NCBI GenBank assembly: GCA_041685915.1
Contig: JAWLEV010000002.1
Coordinates: 1 to 62,253 of the forward strand
Length of the DNA stretch: 62,253 bases
Direction: 5' to 3'
Origin: Anaerolineae bacterium
GTDB taxonomy: Bacteria; Chloroflexota; Anaerolineae; UBA1429
The position numbers and the translations under genes were made by a program. This document shows positions 28,065-37,329 of this stretch, piece after piece. Each line of letters opens with the position of its first letter. The first letter of the stretch is position 1. The notes under the pieces were generated by a model. The model did no database searches. It had not been told where the DNA came from and saw nothing but the letters and a program-made list of their open reading frames with translations.

Positions 28065-29537
28065 CTACGCCAACAGGGAGCCGATCCTCTCGGCGCGCCA
28101 GGTGCCCTCGCCGAACTCACCCAGCCTGAGATGGCCGCTCATGGTGTCCCCATCCTCCAAGGTACCCGTGTAGGTGTAGGTGGTCTTGTTGGCCTGACAA
28201 CCCAGCGTGGTGAGGAAGGATATCTCATCCCCCTTGATGCTGCCCTGCACGTTCGTGCGACTGTATTTTGAGCGGTAATCGCCCGTCAAGTCCGTCCCTT
28301 CTTGTTGTAGGGTGACCGAGTGTCGGCTCTGGCCAAAGACGTACTCGGCCTCGATATGCCATACGCCACTGACGTCGGCGACGGGAGCCCTTTCTTCCTC
28401 GGGTTTCTGGGGCGGCCTATCGCTGAGTAGCTCGTGCAGCCTCTCGGCCACGATTTCGGCGTCGCCCTTTTCCATCATATAGGGCATCACCCGCAGCCCG
28501 TCGTCCAGTAGGTGCATGGCGATGGGGGGGGCTCCCTCCAAGAGTTCGGTATGTATCTGTTCTGGATCCACATTGAGCACCTGGGGGTCCCAGGAGATGA
28601 CGAGGGTGGGGGCCACATTGGCCACGCCCGGCTCCTCCGCGCGAAAACTCATCGAGGGCAGATCGGCCACGGCAGAGCGGATACGGTTCAGGTATCCCTC
28701 CCACATATCCCATTCCGCCTCGTGATCGCGCCCCCGGATCCAGGCTTCCACCGCTGCCAGGAGTCCCATGATCTCCTCTTTGCCCGCCTTCATGGGCCGG
28801 CCCAGAGCATGATGGGGCGCGCCATTCAAAAAGGCCGCCTTGAGTAGATCCTTGCGTCCCAGGACGAGGCCTGAGGCCTGAGGTCCACGCAGACATTTGC
28901 CGCCGCTGTAGCCCACGGCGTCCGCGCCCATCTCCAGATAACGGTTGGGCACGTCGGGGCGCTGCGCGGCGGCGTCCACAAAGGAGGGAATACCGTGTCG
29001 CCTGCCCACCTGGATCATCTCCGGAACAGGGATGGTGCTTCGCTCTTCCAGATCGCCAGTGATAAGAAAGAGGGCCGTCCGTTCACTGATGGCGGCCTTT
29101 AGATCGGCACGGGTCTCCACCTCGATCATCTCCGCTCCCGTCATACGCACGGCATAGTCGTAGGCGTTGCGATGTCCCTCTTGAATGATGACTTCGTCCT
29201 TCATGCCCGTGGTATCGGGCAGACGCACCATCTTTTCGGGATCGGCACCCGCCATGGCTGCTGCGGCAATCTGGTTGAGGGCGGCGGCACATCCGCAGGT
29301 GATATAGCCCCACTCGGCGCCGGTGAGCTCGGCCAGCCTCTGTCCCACCTTTTCCATCAACTCGTCCATATTAACATAGTGGTTGGATGCCGCCACCATG
29401 GCCTCCGCGGCCTGCCCGATCAGTCGTGAGCCGCTGAGGATGGTATAGGTGCCCATGCAGTTGATGAGGGGTTGAACGCCCAGATCTTTGAAGGAAGGGA
29501 CCGACGTGGTGGCGATGGTACTCGTGCTTGGGGACAT
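28065..29537 (-). CDS. SelA-like / DgaE-like fold-type I PLP enzyme with an extra C-terminal domain
   Basis: N-terminal about 380 aa resemble SelA-like aminotransferase-fold proteins (PLINCMGTYTILSGS ... YSGGKCLRGPQ with candidate PLP lysine). An additional beta-rich tail of about 110 aa follows. Confidence 0.6.
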   Translation of the reverse strand: MSPSTSTIATTSVPSFKDLGVQPLINCMGTYTILSGSRLIGQAAEAMVAASNHYVNMDELMEKVGQRLAELTGAEWGYITCGCAAALNQIAAAAMAGADPEKMVRLPDTTGMKDEVIIQEGHRNAYDYAVRMTGAEMIEVETRADLKAAISERTALFLITGDLEERSTIPVPEMIQVGRRHGIPSFVDAAAQRPDVPNRYLEMGADAVGYSGGKCLRGPQASGLVLGRKDLLKAAFLNGAPHHALGRPMKAGKEEIMGLLAAVEAWIRGRDHEAEWDMWEGYLNRIRSAVADLPSMSFRAEEPGVANVAPTLVISWDPQVLNVDPEQIHTELLEGAPPIAMHLLDDGLRVMPYMMEKGDAEIVAERLHELLSDRPPQKPEEERAPVADVSGVWHIEAEYVFGQSRHSVTLQQEGTDLTGDYRSKYSRTNVQGSIKGDEISFLTTLGCQANKTTYTYTGTLEDGDTMSGHLRLGEFGEGTWRAERIGSLLA

Positions 29538-29577
29538 CTCTCATACCTCCTGTGGATGTGTCGTCATTTTGCATGCC

Positions 29578-29606
29578 ATTGTAGTGCCTTTGCTCGGGGG
29601 ATGCAA
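29578..29606 (-). promoter_or_regulatory. sigma70-like promoter of the SelA-like gene
   Basis: On the minus strand: TTGCAT (29601-29606), 17-nt spacer, TACAAT (29578-29583), about 40 nt upstream of the ATG. Confidence 0.5.
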
Positions 29607-29609
29607 GAA

Positions 29610-29634
29610 GGAGGCAGCCATCAGGGCTGCCTCC
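29610..29634 (-). terminator. Hairpin terminator after the ABC/enolase operon
   Basis: ggaggcagcc / ggctgcctcc form a perfect 10-bp stem with a 5-nt loop, 28 nt past the stop at 29662; followed by cttctt on the minus strand (weak T-tract). Confidence 0.5.
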
Positions 29635-29661
29635 TCGTAAAACGTCGCCCCTGTCTTGTGG

Positions 29662-30786
29662 TCAGTCCACGCGGTAGCGTTCCAGGGCGTCCATGTCCAG
29701 TTCGCATCCCAGTCCGGGCTTGTCGGGCACCAGAGCATAAGAGTCCTCGAACTGGATACCCTCCACGACCAGATCGTCCTCCCGCGTCCAGGACCCCACA
29801 AAGTCGCTTCCCAGCACGCAGTTGCGGGCTGCCGAGGCGGCATGGAGATAGGAGAACTCCATGATACCCAGGTCGTTACCCGACCCATGCCAGCAGGGGA
29901 TCCCCGCCGCGTGGGCCATCGCGGCGTTGCGCACGAACTGTACCATGCTCCCGCCCAGGTTCAAATAGTCCACGGCCTCGGCCTTGATGGCGTTAATGAT
30001 ATCCTGGGGAGAGCCCAGATGCAGGGCCACGGGTACGACACCGTGCTCTCTTAGAAGGCGATACCAGTCCAGGTTCCATTTCTGCATGGGATCCTCGAAC
30101 ACCTTGACCGTGCCGTACTTGACCAGTTCGCGAGCCATATCCAGGGCCTCGGTGGGCCGCCAAAAGCGGGTGTTGGGATCGATGGTGAGTTCGAATTCCG
30201 GCCCCGCTACCTCCCAGATGGCGCGGCAGCGTTCCACCAGGGGTTCGTCTCCCGTACACTTCATCTTCATGCCCTTGAACCCGCGTTCCACGGCCAGTTT
30301 TGTATTAGCCGCCGCGTCCGCGGGGGTCTGATGTCCGATCCAATAGTCGGCGGGCACCCGGTCGCGCGCGGCCCCGCCCAGGAACCAGTGGGCGGGCTGA
30401 TCGTACAGTTTCCCCAGGAGATCGATGATGGCCATCTCAAAGGCCGGATAGGCGGGGTCCCTGGGGCCCGCTGAGGCTCCCTCCCACCAGCGATCCAGCA
30501 CGGAGCGTTCTGGCCTCTCGTCCAGGGTGCCCATGATGGCCGGCAGGTGCTGGATGGCCATTTCTCGCGGGTCGCGCCCCTCGATCCTGGCGGCCATCTC
30601 CTGTACGGACTCTAGGGGAGTGCCCCGTCCCGTCTCGCCGATGCCCTCTATGCCCTCGTCGGTATGGATGCGGATGATGTGCTTGGGGACCATGTCCCAG
30701 CCCGCCGGGCCATAGCAGGCGGAATGCACCCGCCCCGGTATGGTGGGCACGACCACGGTCCAGATATCGGTGGATTCTATGCTCAT
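29662..30786 (-). CDS. Enolase-superfamily enzyme (MR/MLE family), paralog A
   Basis: IRIHTDEGIEGIGETG capping-domain motif and barrel domain. Start at MSIEST (30786), 5 nt after GGAGG; the ORF-track start at 30798 lies inside the RBS. Confidence 0.75.
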   Translation of the reverse strand: MSIESTDIWTVVVPTIPGRVHSACYGPAGWDMVPKHIIRIHTDEGIEGIGETGRGTPLESVQEMAARIEGRDPREMAIQHLPAIMGTLDERPERSVLDRWWEGASAGPRDPAYPAFEMAIIDLLGKLYDQPAHWFLGGAARDRVPADYWIGHQTPADAAANTKLAVERGFKGMKMKCTGDEPLVERCRAIWEVAGPEFELTIDPNTRFWRPTEALDMARELVKYGTVKVFEDPMQKWNLDWYRLLREHGVVPVALHLGSPQDIINAIKAEAVDYLNLGGSMVQFVRNAAMAHAAGIPCWHGSGNDLGIMEFSYLHAASAARNCVLGSDFVGSWTREDDLVVEGIQFEDSYALVPDKPGLGCELDMDALERYRVD

Positions 30787-30806
30787 GCGTACCTCCAAAG
30801 ATTATA

Positions 30807-31805
30807 CTATGCGCGCTCTGTGCGCATCGTCTTGAAGACGATGCCCGTGATGATGATGTTGATGATCCCTAAAAAGAGGGACATGGTCGCCGCGTATCCC
30901 ATACGCATGTCGCCGTGAATAAAGGCCGTGCGGTAGAGATAGACGCCGGCCGTCAGAGCCGACTCTGCGGGCCCACCGGACGTCCCCTGGAAGAGGGCCA
31001 TGGACTCTACCGTGGCACTGATCACCCCCGAACCGAGTATCAGAATGAGGGTGAAGGTCGGTTTTAGCAGGGGCAACGTGATGTAGAGGAACTGCTGCCA
31101 TCCATTGGCGCCGTCCACCAGGGCGGCCTCATATACCTCGGTGTTGATATTGTATATGCCGATGAGGAAGAGAAGCGTCCAGTAGCCGAAACGCTTCCAG
31201 ATGGTGGGGATGGTCATGGCATAGAGGGCCCAGTCGGGGGATCCCAGCCAGTTCGGCGGGTTCTGGACTCCCAAGTTCTGCAGCATGACGTTCAGATAGC
31301 CGAAGGTGGGATCGTAGAGCTTGGCCCACACCATCATGGCCACCGATACGGGCAGCACCACGGGCATGTAGGCGATCACGCGGTACACGGAGGCGGCGGT
31401 CCTATTTTGAACTTTGGAGATCATCACCGCCACAAAGAGGGAAAACACCACCGTGAAGGGTAGAAAAAGCGCGGTGAATTTGAGGGCGATGCCAAAGCTG
31501 CGCCAGAACGTGTCATCATGAAGCATCTCTATCCAGTTGGCCACACCGTTCAATCCAGAGATAAACCCCTGGGTCTCTGGAATGAGCCAGCGGTAGTCGG
31601 AAAAGGCCATAAAGAATCCCCGAATGATGGGGTAGCCCTGAAAAACTATATACATGATGATGGCCGGCGCGATGAAGAAATAGCCCCAGAGGTTCCCCCA
31701 CTTTTGCTGGCGGAGGCTTACAAGTTCCTGGATAAAGGCGCCCACGACAGCCGCCTTGCCCTCAGAGCGTACCTCGTCGACTCGTTGTGGTCTTCTTTCA
31801 GCCAT
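30807..31805 (-). CDS. CUT1-type sugar ABC transporter permease
   Basis: 6 TM helices and EAA loop EAALVDGANGWQQFLYITLPLLKP. Start trimmed to MAERRPQ (31805), clear of the upstream permease. Confidence 0.85.
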   Translation of the reverse strand: MAERRPQRVDEVRSEGKAAVVGAFIQELVSLRQQKWGNLWGYFFIAPAIIMYIVFQGYPIIRGFFMAFSDYRWLIPETQGFISGLNGVANWIEMLHDDTFWRSFGIALKFTALFLPFTVVFSLFVAVMISKVQNRTAASVYRVIAYMPVVLPVSVAMMVWAKLYDPTFGYLNVMLQNLGVQNPPNWLGSPDWALYAMTIPTIWKRFGYWTLLFLIGIYNINTEVYEAALVDGANGWQQFLYITLPLLKPTFTLILILGSGVISATVESMALFQGTSGGPAESALTAGVYLYRTAFIHGDMRMGYAATMSLFLGIINIIITGIVFKTMRTERA

Positions 31806-31846
31806 TCTTTCGTCCTTTCTATGGGGAGTATACGTCCCCCTATATC

Positions 31847-32731
31847 CTACATCTTGATGGTGCCCTCGGTGAGTCCTCGCACGAACCATTTTTGCATGAG
31901 AACAAAGACCAGGATCACGGGTAGCATAGCCATGGTATAGGCTGCGCATTCGGTGCCATAGCCCGCCAGAACACTCGAGGTAAAGTGGGCACTCCAGCCG
32001 CTGAGCTTGGTCACGGCGATGGACACCGTCTCAAGTTCGGGAAAGTCGAGCAGGGTGAGAGCTATAAGGTACTCGCCCCACACGTAGATGAACTCAAAGA
32101 TGGCCACGACGACGACGCCCCCCTGCGCAAAGGGCAGATCCACGTTCAGGAATATACGCCACGTGCCCGCGCCGTCTATGATGGCGGCCTCCTCCAGCTC
32201 GTGGGGTACAGATAAAAAGGTCTGCCGCATGATGAACAGGGCCACGCTGATGCCGCTGGGATATAGGAGTATAAGTCCTAGATGAGAGTTACGCAGTCCC
32301 AGAAAGGACATGAGTTCGTAGGTGGCCATCAATCCACCGGCCCGGGGGATGAACATGAGCATGATCAATATGTAGAACAGCAGATCTCTACCCCGAAAGT
32401 CGAGCCGCGCGAAGGCGAACCCGGCCATCGTGGCCGTGATGCTCTGGATGATCACTGCCCCAATGGAGAGTTTGATGCTGTTCCATAGATTTAGGGGTAT
32501 GCGGCTCATATCCGCCCGGGTGAACATCCACCGGTAGTTGCCGAGGGTGGGATTCTTGGGGATGAGGGAGGGCGTTGCCATATACAGCTCCTGCCTATCC
32601 TTCAAGGAGGAGGAAACCGTCCATATCACGGGGAGCAGACAGACGGCACAGATGAAGATGAGGGATGCGTTGATGATCCACGCATCCGGTCGTTTCAGGT
32701 TTCGTTTGATCGTTTGGCTGAGAGAGGCCAT
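31847..32731 (-). CDS. CUT1-type sugar ABC transporter permease
   Basis: 6 TM helices and EAA loop EAAIIDGAGTWRIFLNVDLPFAQG. Confidence 0.85.
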   Translation of the reverse strand: MASLSQTIKRNLKRPDAWIINASLIFICAVCLLPVIWTVSSSLKDRQELYMATPSLIPKNPTLGNYRWMFTRADMSRIPLNLWNSIKLSIGAVIIQSITATMAGFAFARLDFRGRDLLFYILIMLMFIPRAGGLMATYELMSFLGLRNSHLGLILLYPSGISVALFIMRQTFLSVPHELEEAAIIDGAGTWRIFLNVDLPFAQGGVVVVAIFEFIYVWGEYLIALTLLDFPELETVSIAVTKLSGWSAHFTSSVLAGYGTECAAYTMAMLPVILVFVLMQKWFVRGLTEGTIKM

Positions 32732-32881
32732 ATAAACACTCCTCTTCGCACTGCATCGGAATATATGAGAGATGGATCGTGAGCAAAAAAGAGGGGGAGG
32801 GCGTGTGAGGGCCCTCCCCCTCTTCGCATATACTCTTGGAGCATCAGTTGTGGAGCATACGCGCGGAAGGAGATTTCCCTG

Positions 32882-34270
32882 CTACAGTTGCTGCTTCTCA
32901 ATCTCTTCCCGACTATCCTCCAGGATAAGCTGGGCACACTCTTCCGGCGTCATCTCGGATCCCACTTCCGTGAAGGTCACTCTGTGATTCTGGAAGACCG
33001 TGTTTTGGATCGTATAGTAGTTATTGCGTGGTGCGGGAATGGAGTTCTCGACGTCCTCCACCATATCCAGCATCCACTCGTAGACACGGAATTGGGGATC
33101 CTGTTCGATGATATCATAGGCCGAATGATAGATGGGCGTCTTGCCCGTCTGCATCACCGTCTTTTGGAACCCCGTATTCTGGGGACCCATAGTATAGATG
33201 AGATAGTCCGTCGCCTCTTGGGGGTAGGGAGCCTTGTTCAGGATGGCCACGCCGTTGCCCCAGTAGACGGATCCCACGCCACCGCCCGGTTCCCTAGTAG
33301 GGATGGGTGAGGTGGACACCTTGTCTGTACCAAAGGCGTTCTGCCCCCACACGCCGCGCGAGCTCTGGGCCTGGACGGAGGCCACCTTGCCGGCATAGTA
33401 GGCGTCCAGCCATCCGTCACTGCCGTGGGGTGGCGTCAGTTCCTCCTCTACGATCAGTTTCTTGTAGAAGGCCAGGGATTCGATCATCTCATCGGATTCC
33501 CAATCGATCAGACCTTCATCGGTATAGGGAGTATCGTCCACGGCCGCGCAGATAAGCGCGCCCACGTCGGTCCAAAGGGATTCGGCAAAGGATGTGGGGT
33601 AAATCTGCTCATCGGCGCCCCAGCTCTTGAGCTCCAGGGCAATCTCCAGCCACTCGTCCCACGTCTCGGGCGCCTTGTCCCAACCTACCTCATTGGCATA
33701 GTCCACGCGCCAGTTGTAGGTGATATTCTCAAAACTGTAGGCCAGGCTGTAGAACTCTCCCTGGTAACTGCCGTCCTCTTTGATGGTGTCGATCATGTCG
33801 GATAGGACCTGGCCGGCGCCCTCCTGCTGGGAGGCGGCGATGTAGTCATCCATAGGCTGTACCATCCCCGTCTCGACCCACCTTTGCATGACAAGGAATG
33901 GGGTGAGGATACCAGCGCCGCTCCATTCCAGGGTGCCCTCGTTGATCTGGGCGATGACCTTGGTATCCCATCCCTCGGAGGTTGTATCGATCTTGACCTC
34001 CACGTCCTCGTTGGCCTCGTTAAACTCGCGGGCCGTCCTATCAAAAGGGATCTCACCCACAGCCCAGGGGCTGAGCAGGATACGGACCTCCTTTACACCG
34101 GGGGGAGCGGGTTCCTGCTCGGCGGCGCTGGTGACCTCTTTTTCGACCTCTACAGTCTCTTTCACGACCTTTTCCACCACTTTGGGCTGGCAGGCCGCGA
34201 GAAGGGAAGCGGCTGCTCCCGTGGCGGCAAGGCGAAGAAAACTACGACGAGAATAAGACTTTTCAGACAT
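32882..34270 (-). CDS. Extracellular solute-binding lipoprotein (ABC family 1, sugar type)
   Basis: Tat-like signal RRSFLRLAATGAAASLLAAC with lipobox Cys, 462 aa, first gene of the transporter operon. Confidence 0.85.
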   Translation of the reverse strand: MSEKSYSRRSFLRLAATGAAASLLAACQPKVVEKVVKETVEVEKEVTSAAEQEPAPPGVKEVRILLSPWAVGEIPFDRTAREFNEANEDVEVKIDTTSEGWDTKVIAQINEGTLEWSGAGILTPFLVMQRWVETGMVQPMDDYIAASQQEGAGQVLSDMIDTIKEDGSYQGEFYSLAYSFENITYNWRVDYANEVGWDKAPETWDEWLEIALELKSWGADEQIYPTSFAESLWTDVGALICAAVDDTPYTDEGLIDWESDEMIESLAFYKKLIVEEELTPPHGSDGWLDAYYAGKVASVQAQSSRGVWGQNAFGTDKVSTSPIPTREPGGGVGSVYWGNGVAILNKAPYPQEATDYLIYTMGPQNTGFQKTVMQTGKTPIYHSAYDIIEQDPQFRVYEWMLDMVEDVENSIPAPRNNYYTIQNTVFQNHRVTFTEVGSEMTPEECAQLILEDSREEIEKQQL

Positions 34271-34378
34271 TGCAAAACCTCCTTGGTTTACATTAACCGA
34301 CGATTGGTGAGGAAACGCGGTTCGTCCCGATAGGCACCTCCTTTGGTATATCCCAACTAGGGAAAACAGAATGCCTTT

Positions 34379-34401
34379 TATCGCAGCATCGCGATATTAT
34401 A
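34379..34401 (-). promoter_or_regulatory. Candidate -10 box abutting a palindromic operator upstream of the ABC operon
   Basis: On the minus strand: TATAAT (34396-34401) immediately followed by TATCGC-N6-GCGATA (34379-34396). The -35 is weak. The leader to the ATG at 34270 would be about 120 nt. Confidence 0.35.
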
Positions 34402-34616
34402 CGGTCAATATCCTGTAGCCTTATTATCGTTTTGTGGTCAGCGCTTGGTAGGAATAAAGTTTCTAAACACAAAGGTACTATAGCACCAGATCGTTCGGAT
34501 TGTCAAGTTCAAGTAAGCAATTTTATCTATTGACCGGGATAGAACCTGTCAAATTTTCCCATCCCGGCTTTCCCGAAAAACCCACAGCAAATATGGATAA
34601 GCGGATTGGTTGACGG

Positions 34617-35786
34617 CTAATCCACGCCCTTGACATGGCGGTCGAAGAACTGGACGGAGCGGGCCATGGCTGTCACGAAACTGTTGGACAGGTTGTGATT
34701 ATCCCCCTCGTACAAATACAGTTCCGCCGACTGGCCGGCATCTTGTAGGCGTGCGTACAGATCCTCGGACCACTCCACGGGGACCGAGTCATCGGCCTTG
34801 CTATGATGAAGCTGCAGAGGACCCGATAGCTTCTCTAGGTGAAGGGTGGGGTCCACGGAGGCCCAGAATGCGGGATTCTCGTCGAACATGCCGTAGGCAA
34901 ATATGCCTTCCGTCGGTGGCACGGGCGTTCTGTCAGCCTCGGGCGTCGCTCTCAGGCTACGGGCGATCCAGTGTGGCCGCTTTTCCCAGACGTCCTCAAT
35001 GGGGGCCACGACGCCAGCCCAGATGACGCCAGCGTCGATCTGATCGTTCACCACCATGGCCCGTAGCGTAAGGGTTCCGCCCATGGAATGTCCCCATACG
35101 CCGACCCGCTGAGGATCGGCATCCGGATAGCGCTGCATTGAGGCGATGGCGTTGAGCACGTCAACGGTATAATCCCCCGTCGTGTGGGCGTCGGTCGGCT
35201 CTCCCTCCGAGTTCCCGTGCCCGCGATAGTCGGGAGCGAGGACGATGTACTCTTTACTGGCGAATTCGTCCACATAGGCCAGGTACCTCTCGGCGGTGCG
35301 GTATTGATCGGGGGGGATGTATCCGTGGTTGAAGATGATAAAGGGCCAGCCGCTCTCGGGTTTTTCTCCCTGCGGGACGGTCAGCATGGCATAGATCTTG
35401 AGTCCTTCGGATCGATAGGAGACGACATACCGATCATAGTTGGATTCAGAGGGCAGGGTTTCCTCGATCACCAGATCGCTGCCGGGGTAGGACTCCTGCC
35501 GCATCGCCTCAATGGCCAGGGGATGCAAGGGGGTAGCCGTCGGCGTCGGGGTAGCAGTTGATGTGCCTGTCGGCGTCGAGGTGGATGTAGCAGTCGATGT
35601 GGGAGGCCGGGTGGCCGTCGGCGTCGTGCGCGACGTGGGATTCCCGGTCCCCGTCGTGGGTTTTTCCGCTGGCGACAGGGCGCCCTGGCCACCATTACAA
35701 GCGATGATCGACAGCAGTATCCATAACAGTAAACAGGTGGTAGCCCAACCCGATCGGCCGGGGCCCGCTTTTGATGGTAGAGACAT
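34617..35786 (-). CDS. Secreted lipoprotein alpha/beta hydrolase (S9 prolyl-oligopeptidase/dienelactone-hydrolase-like)
   Basis: Lipobox LSIIAC, Thr/Pro-rich linker, nucleophile elbow GHSMGG, C-terminal HH...D region. Confidence 0.75.
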   Translation of the reverse strand: MSLPSKAGPGRSGWATTCLLLWILLSIIACNGGQGALSPAEKPTTGTGNPTSRTTPTATRPPTSTATSTSTPTGTSTATPTPTATPLHPLAIEAMRQESYPGSDLVIEETLPSESNYDRYVVSYRSEGLKIYAMLTVPQGEKPESGWPFIIFNHGYIPPDQYRTAERYLAYVDEFASKEYIVLAPDYRGHGNSEGEPTDAHTTGDYTVDVLNAIASMQRYPDADPQRVGVWGHSMGGTLTLRAMVVNDQIDAGVIWAGVVAPIEDVWEKRPHWIARSLRATPEADRTPVPPTEGIFAYGMFDENPAFWASVDPTLHLEKLSGPLQLHHSKADDSVPVEWSEDLYARLQDAGQSAELYLYEGDNHNLSNSFVTAMARSVQFFDRHVKGVD

Positions 35787-35931
35787 ATCCCGCTCCTTAA
35801 TCTGCTAGAGTAAAATAGACCCGATGGATCTTTCTTGACTTTTATCATTCACAATATGTCCATTTTGCCGCAATTGTGTTGTCTCGTCAAAGTTGAGGCT
35901 ATGACTCGATCAACTTTGATGCAAGCGTGAG

Positions 35932-37233
35932 ATGGGCTATACTCTGTACTGCAAGATTTGGGACATACGTAGGGAGGTGGCGGCCGTGGCAAGCACGACG
36001 TATCCGCCGACGATTTTCGTCCTGGGGACCGCGCGCAACATCGGCAAGACAGTTACCTGCATGGGCATCATAAGCAAACTTTTTTCCGATGAGCATGGCT
36101 ATGCGTCCGAGCAGATCGGGTATATGAAACCCGTCGGCCAGCAGACGCGGCGGGTTACCGATAGTATGGGAGAGCCCATAGAGGTCGATAAGGATGCCGT
36201 GCTGATCACCTCGCTGATGGGCATCCAACATGCTGGCTATGAATATATCAGTCCGGTGGTGCTGCGCGGAGGGGTCACCGCTTCCTACATCGACGAGGCG
36301 GCGAATGGCGATCCGTTGGTTGCAAGAAAGACTTTTTTGGAACGCATCCGCATCTCCTATGAGCGCACCTGTATGGGAAAACGCGTCGTGCTCATCGAGG
36401 GGACGGGCCAGCCCGGCGTGGGCTCGGTGGCCGGTATCTCCAATGCCGACGTCATCAATACGCTGCGTGATATGGGTGTGCCCCTCTTTGTCGTCATGGT
36501 GACCGAGGGAGGCATCGGTAGCACCCTGGATCAGGTCTTTCCCTATCTCATGGCCCTGGATCATCTGGGAGCGCGGGTGGACGGCCTTATCGTCAACGGT
36601 ATCTATGTTTCCAAGATGGACAAAATCGTACACTATCTTGAGAGCTATTACGATCATGTCTTTGTGCCCCTATATGGGGGAAAGCTCGTGGGCCAGCCTG
36701 TGCCTCCCATCCTGGGATTTATTCCCTCCATTCCCGAGTTGCGTTTCCCCACCATGCGCCTTATCGCAGAAGAGTTTTCGGAGCGGCCTGACAGCGGGAT
36801 GGAGGTCGTGGCTCCCAAGAATTTTGATGAGGTGGCCGTACAGTTAATACAGGATCTGCGCGTCATCAGTCTGGATTTTGGCTACGAGCCGCTCCTAAAG
36901 CCCGGTGATGCCGCCGTCATCGGGGTGAATGCCAACGATGCCATACTGGCCACGTACCTCCATCACGAGCGTCTGGCGCGGGAAGACGGCCGGGGATTGT
37001 CGGGGGTCATCCTTTCTTGCAAACATGTGGGAGGACTGGCGGATCGCATTCGCGAGCTCATCGTAAAAAAAGATCTACCCACCCTGACGCTGGATTACGA
37101 TTCTGCCGAGATCGTGCAGCGCATCGAGAACATGACGGTCAAGATCCAACCCTATGACGTCCGTAAGCGGGAACTCATCGCCGAGGCCTATGAGGAACAC
37201 CTCACCTTGTGGCCCGAACTTCAACTCGCATAA
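35932..37233 (+). CDS. BioD/Pta-N-terminal-like P-loop domain fused to a DRTGG domain
   Basis: TIFVLGTARNIGKTVTCMG P-loop, YMKPVGQQ, C-terminal DRTGG-like region. An alternative GTG start at 35986 follows AGGGAGG. Confidence 0.6.
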   Translation: MGYTLYCKIWDIRREVAAVASTTYPPTIFVLGTARNIGKTVTCMGIISKLFSDEHGYASEQIGYMKPVGQQTRRVTDSMGEPIEVDKDAVLITSLMGIQHAGYEYISPVVLRGGVTASYIDEAANGDPLVARKTFLERIRISYERTCMGKRVVLIEGTGQPGVGSVAGISNADVINTLRDMGVPLFVVMVTEGGIGSTLDQVFPYLMALDHLGARVDGLIVNGIYVSKMDKIVHYLESYYDHVFVPLYGGKLVGQPVPPILGFIPSIPELRFPTMRLIAEEFSERPDSGMEVVAPKNFDEVAVQLIQDLRVISLDFGYEPLLKPGDAAVIGVNANDAILATYLHHERLAREDGRGLSGVILSCKHVGGLADRIRELIVKKDLPTLTLDYDSAEIVQRIENMTVKIQPYDVRKRELIAEAYEEHLTLWPELQLA

Positions 37234-37268
37234 TCCTCTCTTTTCATTCATCCTTCTTTGATGACCGT

Positions 37269-37318
37269 TTGACATGGTCAGCCGATCATGTTAGAGTAAA
37301 CCTTACATTTGAGTAAGG
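37269..37318 (+). promoter_or_regulatory. sigma70-like promoter plus inverted repeat (candidate Rrf2 operator) for the isc operon
   Basis: TTGACA (37269-37274), 17-nt spacer, TAGAGT (37292-37297), then CCTTAC-N6-GTAAGG (37301-37318). Confidence 0.55.
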
Positions 37319-37329
37319 ATTATTCTGAC

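Noticed and set aside
30807-34270. ABC importer without an ATPase gene, a possibly incomplete system.
   Set aside because: CUT1 sugar importers in monoderm bacteria commonly share a single ATPase (MsiK/MalK type) encoded elsewhere, so this is not anomalous.
35500-35650. Repetitive GC-rich DNA (ggcgtcg/gtcggcgtc motifs) that looks like a tandem repeat.
   Set aside because: It encodes the Thr/Pro/Ala/Ser-rich linker of the lipoprotein hydrolase (TSTATSTSTPTGTSTATPTPTATP). It is low-complexity coding sequence, not a separate element.
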